Source: an uncultured Actinomycetota bacterium (GTDB lineage Bacteria > Actinomycetota > Humimicrobiia > Humimicrobiales > Humimicrobiaceae). Taken from it: a stretch of 64,000 nucleotides of DNA. Of the stretch, positions 57,950 through 64,000 are shown in pieces. The stretch is from positions 21,452 through 85,451 of the forward strand of contig CAZSXW010000004.1 in the NCBI GenBank assembly GCA_964610385.1. The letters are read 5' to 3'. The translations under genes and the position numbers were made by a program. Within the stretch, counting starts at the first letter, position 1. Each line of letters begins with the position of its first letter. The notes beneath the pieces are model-generated. The model was not told the DNA's origin, did not search any database, and saw only the letters and a list, made by a program, of their open reading frames with translations.

Positions 57950-59158
57950 ATGGCAAAGACGATAACTGAAATCAATGAAAAAATCAAAAAGGGAAATGTT
58001 GTAGTTGTTACTGCAGAGGAGATTATTGACATTGTAGACAAGGAAGGTGTAAAAAAGGCTGCTGAAAAAGTAGACGTAGTTACTACTGCCACTTTCGGGC
58101 CAATGTGTTCTTCTGGTGCATATTTCAACATCGGTCATGCTAAACCCAAAATAAAACTCGGTGGAGGCAGATCATATTTAAACGAAGTACCCGTGTATAC
58201 GGGCTTTGCTGCTGTGGACGTTTACATTGGGGCCACTGCTATACCTGATGACGACCCGCGCAATAAGATTTTCCCCGGGGAGTTTAAATATGGAGGTGGC
58301 CATGTGATCGAGGATTTGGTAGCGGGTAAGGATTTAAAGTTTGAAGCCAGTGCCTATGGTACAGATTGTTATCCGCGGAAGAAGTTAGAGACTTGGTTAA
58401 ACATCAAGGACCTTAATGAGGCAGTGCTTTTTAATCCAAGAAACGCTTACCAAAACTACAATGTAGCTGTTAACCTTTCTGGCAAGATCATCTACACCTA
58501 CATGGGAGTACTTAAGGACAATTTAAAGAATGCTAACTACTGTAGTGCGGGACAACTTTCCCCACTTTTAAATGACCCATATTACAAAACTATTGGAATT
58601 GGAACGAAGATCTTCCTAGGGGGAGGTAAAGGTCATGTTGTCTGGCAGGGAACTCAACACAATCCTACAGTAAAGAGAAAAGATAACGGTGTTCCTCAAG
58701 TACCAGCGGGTGCTTTAGCCGTTTTAGGAGACCTTAAACAGATGAAACCTGAATGGCTGATAGGTACTACCATGGTAGGATATGGTGTAACTTTAACTGT
58801 TGGTATAGGTATACCTATACCAATTCTTAATGAAGAAATATGTCGATATACTGCAGTGAAGGATGAGGAAATATGGGCTCAGGTAGTCGATTACAGTGAG
58901 GCTTATCCGCAGGGGAAAAAGGAAAATCTTGGTGAGGTAAACTATTCGCAACTTAAAAGCGGTAAGATTACAATCCGGGGCAAAGAGGTTCCAACAGGAA
59001 ATCTTTCCAGTTATCCAAAAGCAGTGGAGATTGCTAATATTCTGAAAGAATGGATTAAAGATGGTAGTTTTCTACTGGGTGAACCTGTGGCATACCTGCC
59101 AGGCGCGGATAGTGGATATACTTTTAAACCTCTAAAGGAAAGGCCGATTAAAGAGTGA
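57950..59158 (+). CDS. DUF39/COG1900 homocysteine-biosynthesis protein (sulfide-dependent, methanogen MA1821-type)
   Basis: 402 aa with the characteristic COG1900 sequence (VVTTATFGPMCSSGAYFN...). It is followed by an NIL-ferredoxin partner gene. Confidence 0.7.
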   Translation: MAKTITEINEKIKKGNVVVVTAEEIIDIVDKEGVKKAAEKVDVVTTATFGPMCSSGAYFNIGHAKPKIKLGGGRSYLNEVPVYTGFAAVDVYIGATAIPDDDPRNKIFPGEFKYGGGHVIEDLVAGKDLKFEASAYGTDCYPRKKLETWLNIKDLNEAVLFNPRNAYQNYNVAVNLSGKIIYTYMGVLKDNLKNANYCSAGQLSPLLNDPYYKTIGIGTKIFLGGGKGHVVWQGTQHNPTVKRKDNGVPQVPAGALAVLGDLKQMKPEWLIGTTMVGYGVTLTVGIGIPIPILNEEICRYTAVKDEEIWAQVVDYSEAYPQGKKENLGEVNYSQLKSGKITIRGKEVPTGNLSSYPKAVEIANILKEWIKDGSFLLGEPVAYLPGADSGYTFKPLKERPIKE

Positions 59159-59248
59159 TTTAACTGAAAAAATGGGGGCGCAGATGGACTGGCTTTGTAT
59201 CAATATGTGTCTGCGCCTCCCGTGCTAAATTTTTCGGGGGTGGTTTTT

Positions 59249-59656
59249 ATGATATCCAAAAGAATAGTCCTTCATTTTCCGCATAAACTCGTTGATCGGC
59301 CCGTGGTATACAAACTGGTAAAAGATTATAACTTAGAGTTCAATATACTGAAGGCCTATGTCACACAGAGGGAAGAAGGGTTATTGGTTTTAGAATTAAC
59401 TGGTGAAAATTCCAACTACAAACAAGGTATTAAATATCTTTCAGAGGCTGGCGTAAAGATACAGCCTTTAGAACAGGACATCATTCGTAATGAAAGAAGG
59501 TGTACTGATTGCGGGGTGTGCGTACCAATTTGTCCGACCGGCGCCTTGGTTGTGGAACCTATAACCAGGAAAGTTCACTTTTATGATAATAAGTGCATTG
59601 CTTGCGAGCTTTGTGTAAAAGCATGTCCGGTGAAAGCAATGGAGATATATTATTAA
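59249..59656 (+). CDS. NIL-domain plus 2x[4Fe-4S] ferredoxin (MA1822-type partner of DUF39)
   Basis: An N-terminal NIL-like domain and two CxxCxxCxxxCP motifs (CTDCGVCVPICP, CIACELCVKACP). The probable start is MISKRIV, preceded by the RBS GGGGGTGG. Confidence 0.7.
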   Translation: MISKRIVLHFPHKLVDRPVVYKLVKDYNLEFNILKAYVTQREEGLLVLELTGENSNYKQGIKYLSEAGVKIQPLEQDIIRNERRCTDCGVCVPICPTGALVVEPITRKVHFYDNKCIACELCVKACPVKAMEIYY

Positions 59657-59730
59657 TTGCTAACTCATTTGACAATGGTATTTATATATGATATAAAAAC
59701 CATTGTAGTATAGAAAACGAGGAGGTTTTT

Positions 59731-60042
59731 ATGGAATACGGTTATAAGGAGCCGGTCTATACCATTGGTATTATTGCTAAATCTTTGAAGGTTTGCCCTG
59801 CTACCCTCAGAATTTGGGAGAGGAAAGGTTTAATCAAGCCGGCTCGTATAGGAAAGAATAGGTTCTATTCTAAATGTGATATAGACAGGCTTGAGTACAT
59901 CAAAGATTTAATACAGAAAAAAAGAATTAATATCGAAGGTATTAAAGGTATGTTAAGTACCAGCCGGTGTTGGGAAGTGAAGAAATGTAAACCGAAAGAT
60001 AGGAATACTTGCAAGGTTTATCAAAAGTACGGCAACACTTAA
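59731..60042 (+). CDS. Small MerR-family regulator with a C-terminal Cys cluster (CWEVKKCKPKDRNTC)
   Basis: A MerR HTH (YTIGIIAKSLKVCPATLRIWERKGLIKP) and three C-terminal Cys residues. It is a possible metal, redox or Fe-S sensor. Confidence 0.6.
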   Translation: MEYGYKEPVYTIGIIAKSLKVCPATLRIWERKGLIKPARIGKNRFYSKCDIDRLEYIKDLIQKKRINIEGIKGMLSTSRCWEVKKCKPKDRNTCKVYQKYGNT

Positions 60043-60057
60043 GTTTTTTGGAGAGAT

Positions 60058-60732
60058 ATGTGGTTTTATTCTGAGAAAGTGAAAGAGCTTTTTAAGAATC
60101 CGCTTAATGTGGGTGAGATTAAAAACCCAGATGCAGTGGGGGAAGTAGGAAGTATCATTTGCGGAGATGCTCTTCGACTTACCTTAAAATTAGATAAAAA
60201 AACAGATAAAATCTTGGACGCAAAATTTCAGACCTTTGGATGCGCGAGTGCCATTGCCTCCTCGTCAGCCATGACTGAGATGATTAAAGGCATGAATATT
60301 AAAGAGGCGTCTAAGGTCACCAATAAAGACATTGTTAAGTATTTAGGCGGTTTGCCCAGTGAAAAGATGCATTGCTCGGTTATGGGTATGGAAGCCCTGG
60401 AGGCGGCAATTGCCAATTACAGAGATACTGCTGTTAAAAAAGAGACTGTTGGTAAAGAGAGGATTGTCTGTAAATGTTTTAGTGTAACCGATAAAAAGAT
60501 AATCCGCGCCATAAAAGAAAATAATCTTAAAACTGTGGAAGAAGTAACTAATTACACCAAGGCAGGCGGAGGTTGTGGTAATTGCAAGCCTAAAATAGAG
60601 AAATTACTAAAAGAAGTTTGGAAGAAAGAAACAATAAAAGGGAACCATCCTAAAGAAACTCCTAAGAAAAAACTTTCAAAGTTAAGGGAATTTATTGAGA
60701 AAGATATTGTGGTAGAAGAGGTTAAAGAATGA
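60058..60732 (+). CDS. nifU: NifU-like Fe-S scaffold (IscU domain plus BFD-like [2Fe-2S] domain)
   Basis: IscU motifs (CGD, GCAS, HCS) and a central CxC...CGNC BFD-type domain. There is no C-terminal Nfu domain. Confidence 0.8.
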   Translation: MWFYSEKVKELFKNPLNVGEIKNPDAVGEVGSIICGDALRLTLKLDKKTDKILDAKFQTFGCASAIASSSAMTEMIKGMNIKEASKVTNKDIVKYLGGLPSEKMHCSVMGMEALEAAIANYRDTAVKKETVGKERIVCKCFSVTDKKIIRAIKENNLKTVEEVTNYTKAGGGCGNCKPKIEKLLKEVWKKETIKGNHPKETPKKKLSKLREFIEKDIVVEEVKE

Positions 60733-61898
60733 TAGAGAAAATAGTGTATGTAGATAACAATGCTACTACAATGGTTGCCCCGGAGGTTTTTGAGGCTATG
60801 AAGCCCTTTTTGACAGGTGAATATGGGAATCCTTCAAGCATGTATGCCTTTGGCGGTAAAATTTTTAAAAATATTGAGAATTCAAGAGAAGCTGTCGCAG
60901 AGCTCTTGGGAGCGCAAGACCCTCAAGAGATTATATTTACCAGTTGTGGCACAGAAAGTGATAACACTGCTATAATCAGCACTTTGCACTCTTATCCTGA
61001 GAAAAAACATATAATAACAACTAAGGTAGAACATTCAGCAGTGCTTAATCTGTGCAAATATTTAGAAACAATAGGATATAGAGTAACTTATCTCGGTGTG
61101 GATAACCAAGGCATGATTGATTTAGATGAACTTAAAAGCTCAATCGTCCCGGACACAGCTATTATCTCTGTAATGTATGCTAATAATGAAACAGGAGTGA
61201 TTTTTCCTATAGAAGAGATAGCAGAGATCGCCAGAACCAGAGGCGTGGTATTTCATACGGACGCTGTGCAGGCAGTAGGTAAGATTCCTTTTAAATTGAC
61301 AAAACTACCTGTAGATTTTCTGTCTTTATCCGGACATAAGTTACATGCACCAAAAGGAGTAGGTGCTCTTTATGTTCGTAAAGGAACAAGATTTACACCA
61401 TTCTTAATAGGTGGTCATCAGGAACATGGCCGGCGGGGTGGTACAGAAAATGTCCCTTCCATTGTAGGATTAGGAGTTGCCTGCCGGTTGGCCAAGAAAA
61501 CTATTGAGGAAGAAAGGACGGGGGTTAAGGCCTGGCGCGATAAATTGGAAAATACGATTTTAGAAAAAATACCAAATACAAAGTTAAATGGACATCCAGA
61601 GTTAAGACTCCCTAACACGACTAATATAAGCTTTGAATTTATTGAAGGTGAGGCAATATTGTTGAAGCTTGATGAAAAAGCCATAGCTGCTTCCTCCGGT
61701 TCTGCTTGTACCTCAGATTCCTTAGCACCTTCCCATGTGCTAAAAGCCATGGGGATTCCTTTCACTTTTATGCAGGGATCCATTCGCTTTAGCCTCAGCC
61801 GCTACAATACTGAAGAAGACATAGATTACATTATTAAAAACCTTCCACCTATTATTAGCCGGTTGAGAGAGATATCCCCGTACGGCAAACAGAGGTGA
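60729..61898 (+). CDS. nifS: Cysteine desulfurase NifS/IscS
   Basis: 389 aa with a PLP-Lys (SGHKL) and an active-site Cys loop (SSGSACTS). Confidence 0.9.
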   Translation: MIEKIVYVDNNATTMVAPEVFEAMKPFLTGEYGNPSSMYAFGGKIFKNIENSREAVAELLGAQDPQEIIFTSCGTESDNTAIISTLHSYPEKKHIITTKVEHSAVLNLCKYLETIGYRVTYLGVDNQGMIDLDELKSSIVPDTAIISVMYANNETGVIFPIEEIAEIARTRGVVFHTDAVQAVGKIPFKLTKLPVDFLSLSGHKLHAPKGVGALYVRKGTRFTPFLIGGHQEHGRRGGTENVPSIVGLGVACRLAKKTIEEERTGVKAWRDKLENTILEKIPNTKLNGHPELRLPNTTNISFEFIEGEAILLKLDEKAIAASSGSACTSDSLAPSHVLKAMGIPFTFMQGSIRFSLSRYNTEEDIDYIIKNLPPIISRLREISPYGKQR

Positions 61899-61932
61899 AA
61901 AAGGGATTATATCTATTTTTCAATAATAGCAG

Positions 61933-62622
61933 TCATCCCAGTCTGTACCCGGCCTTCTCCCATGCCTTGCGCATTACCGGGTTGCGGCGCAGATAGGTAT
62001 CCACTTTGTTCTTTTCCACTCTGTTAAGCGGGCAGGAGAAGTTAATACACCGGGGACAGATGAGTGTCCAAAGTACGATAAAAAAAGCTACTATGCATGC
62101 AATAGTTGCTCCGGTTATTCCGATCATCCCAAGTAATGTAAGATTCCCATACATCGAATAGCGGGATGCGATTTGAAATATGCCGTAAGCCTGGACCGCG
62201 ATAGGGAAGGCGCCGAAGATTACAAAACCCACGATCAGGGATATCTTCTCAAACCGGTTCATGGGTCCAGGGTGATAGCGCCATAACTTAATAGTACCGT
62301 GATTGGCAAGACAGCGAAGCATTCTACCACTGCGGGCATAGTAGGGGCAGTGGGAGCAAAGAACCCTTATTTCGAAGAAAATGAAGAAAAATACCCAGAA
62401 CCCGAAGTAGACCGTCAGTGGCCACCATAATCCCGCAATTATTCCCACCATTACCATCCCGAAGATCGCCACCAGCGCGAAAGGGATAGCAGACAGCAGG
62501 AATCCTGTGAGCGCCCAAGCATCCCACTTACAGTTCAGTCTTTCCCTATTCTCACACGTCGCGCAGTCGGCTTCCTCATCCCAGGTGCAGATTCGGAAAG
62601 GATTTGGTGATTTCATTAACAT
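61933..62622 (-). CDS. Hypothetical Cys-rich polytopic membrane protein (GC-rich island)
   Basis: Multiple Cys pairs (CATCEN, CSHCPYY, CPRCINFSCP) with four to five transmembrane helices. GC is about 48% against a local background of 33-40%. Confidence 0.5.
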   Translation of the reverse strand: MLMKSPNPFRICTWDEEADCATCENRERLNCKWDAWALTGFLLSAIPFALVAIFGMVMVGIIAGLWWPLTVYFGFWVFFFIFFEIRVLCSHCPYYARSGRMLRCLANHGTIKLWRYHPGPMNRFEKISLIVGFVIFGAFPIAVQAYGIFQIASRYSMYGNLTLLGMIGITGATIACIVAFFIVLWTLICPRCINFSCPLNRVEKNKVDTYLRRNPVMRKAWEKAGYRLG

Positions 62623-62643
62623 TCTCCTTTTTCTGAAAGTTGA

Positions 62644-63471
62644 TTAATCAAAAGTGCTTTCCTTTATTTTCCTATAGAATTCTTTATTAAGCCTTAAACG
62701 GTCTTTCATATAATCACTGAAAATTATTGCCTTTTTTGGACAGTTATGTACACATTTTAGACAGAACTCGCAATTGTCAGGATTAATGTATGGATGATCC
62801 TCTCCTTCACTCCAGCAGCCCTGGATACAATTTTTTACACATATATTACAATTATTGCATCTTTCTTCAAGCACCCTGAGGTTTGAACTGTACTGCCTGT
62901 AGTCTACCCTGTCAAGCTGCCTCCTAAACAACCTGGTGAGAGGTGAATACCACCGAAGCGGCGGTATATTTGTTATATTCTCCCTGTGCAGTAAAAAACT
63001 TTCTACTTTACCTACTGCCCTATTGATTTTTTCATTTACCTTCTTCTCGTACCTGAAGAAAAATTTCATCAATGGAAATAACAGGACTCCATCACTGGCA
63101 GGGCCCCTTATCTGCATATAACCTATTACCAGGCTGTTCTTCTTTTGAAGCATATCTGAAAGTATCCTTATGCTGTTTCCGTTATAGAGGCCATAGGTAG
63201 TAAATAGAAAGAAGGCAGTATCTTTCATTACAGGCATATTTCTGACAAATTCTATGGCAGAAAATGACGGGCTGAAGCCGTAAGTAGGAAAACCCAGGAT
63301 TACGAGATCGTAAGATGATAACATATTATAATCAAAATCAGGTTTTATCTTTACTATATCAACTTCATTACCACCGCCCAGTCTTTCTGAAAATACTCTG
63401 CTTATCAATTCGGTACTGCCGGATCCTGAATGATAGATTATTATAATCTTATTATGTCTTTTATCTTTCAT
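62644..63471 (-). CDS. Flavodoxin-like domain fused to a 2x[4Fe-4S] ferredoxin domain
   Basis: A flavodoxin N-terminus (KIIIIYHSGSGSTE) and C-terminal CNNCNICVKNC / CEFCLKCVHNCP motifs. The ORF extends to 63543, but the flavodoxin-typical start is the Met at 63471. Confidence 0.6.
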   Translation of the reverse strand: MKDKRHNKIIIIYHSGSGSTELISRVFSERLGGGNEVDIVKIKPDFDYNMLSSYDLVILGFPTYGFSPSFSAIEFVRNMPVMKDTAFFLFTTYGLYNGNSIRILSDMLQKKNSLVIGYMQIRGPASDGVLLFPLMKFFFRYEKKVNEKINRAVGKVESFLLHRENITNIPPLRWYSPLTRLFRRQLDRVDYRQYSSNLRVLEERCNNCNICVKNCIQGCWSEGEDHPYINPDNCEFCLKCVHNCPKKAIIFSDYMKDRLRLNKEFYRKIKESTFD

Positions 63472-63770
63472 TGTAGACCGACAGTCTCCCTTATTTTTTC
63501 CATAAGGCTGATTATCCCAGACCTTATCCAAACATATTATCATAAATATTCATGTTGGAGGATAGTTGTTTTCTTAACTTACTGCTTATAATAATTCTTG
63601 ATGGAAAATAACCTGTTATTAATAAAATTGATTTCTAAGAAGGGTATTTTATTGACATCTTATTACATTGACTACAGTTATAAAAAAATATATTATAAAA
63701 AATGCTCGAACCACTGGACCGGGAGTAACCCGGGGAAATAAGACAATCTTCAAGGAAGGAGATAAAATTA

Positions 63771-64000
63771 TGCCAAAGGAAGACACAGATGTTTCAAAGA
63801 GTGGAGGTACAGTAACTATAACTGCCGTAAACAAGCTTCAAATCGACAGACCCAGTCAGACTATCGAGATTTCAGCCAAAAAATTGGAGGCACTTGATGA
63901 AAAAGACCTGACAAAAATACATGTCAGGGATGAAACCGGCAAGGAAGTGCTCTGCCAGGCAGTGGATACCGACGGAGACTACTTCCCGAACCAGTTGATA
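63771..64000 (+). CDS. Hypothetical protein, 3' end truncated by the window edge
   Basis: The RBS AAGGAAGGAG lies 8 nt upstream of the ATG. The frame is open to the end of the window. A TTGACT, 17-bp spacer, TATTAT promoter sits at about 63660-63690. Confidence 0.45.

Overview
The window reads as a low-GC (about 30-35%) bacterial chromosome segment with Firmicutes/Clostridia-like gene order. The first 3.6 kb is a sugar ABC transporter operon with much higher GC (about 48-55%), joined at a sharp compositional break near position 3650.

The annotated content, in order:
- **1-3618:** sugar ABC transporter (ATPase with two nucleotide-binding domains, two permeases).
- **3897-9009:** a Clostridia-type arabinose operon (FucI-like isomerase, ROK regulator, araB, araD) with XylR-like operators.
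- **9257-16055:** plsY, a CBS-less IMPDH paralog with guaA, chorismate mutase with DAHP synthase, and pcrA.
- **16062-19597:** an M29 aminopeptidase, an OmpR/histidine kinase pair and a small secreted protein.
- **19669-23595:** thiL-thiC-thiE-thiM on the minus strand, under a clear TPP riboswitch with a terminator-type expression platform.
- **23745-28548:** hrcA, dnaJ, rsmE, mtaB, HIT.
- **28648-32275:** phoH, pgpH, ybeY.
- **32328-36046:** three lipoprotein genes and a GNAT inserted before era.
- **36043-47623:** era, deoC, recO, glyQS, ppdK, dnaG, rpoD and a tRNA-Asn.

Downstream of the tRNA-Asn the region is mosaic in GC and gene origin. It holds an archaeal-style nitrogen regulon (NrpR-like regulator, archaeal-type GltB-domain protein, amt, glnK). 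After it come a HemN-like radical SAM gene and a PadR/DUF2812 pair. A sulfur cluster follows (ArsC-like, cysK, a DUF39/COG1900 homocysteine-synthesis protein with an NIL-ferredoxin, a Cys-rich MerR, nifU, nifS). The window ends with a GC-rich Cys-rich membrane protein and a flavodoxin-ferredoxin fusion.

The most unusual signal is three same-orientation degenerate copies of the tRNA-Asn 3' half at about 51.0, 53.4 and 55.0 kb, bracketing these cassettes. This looks like serial island integration at the tRNA. I found no CRISPR array, no intact integrase or transposase, and no obvious defence system.
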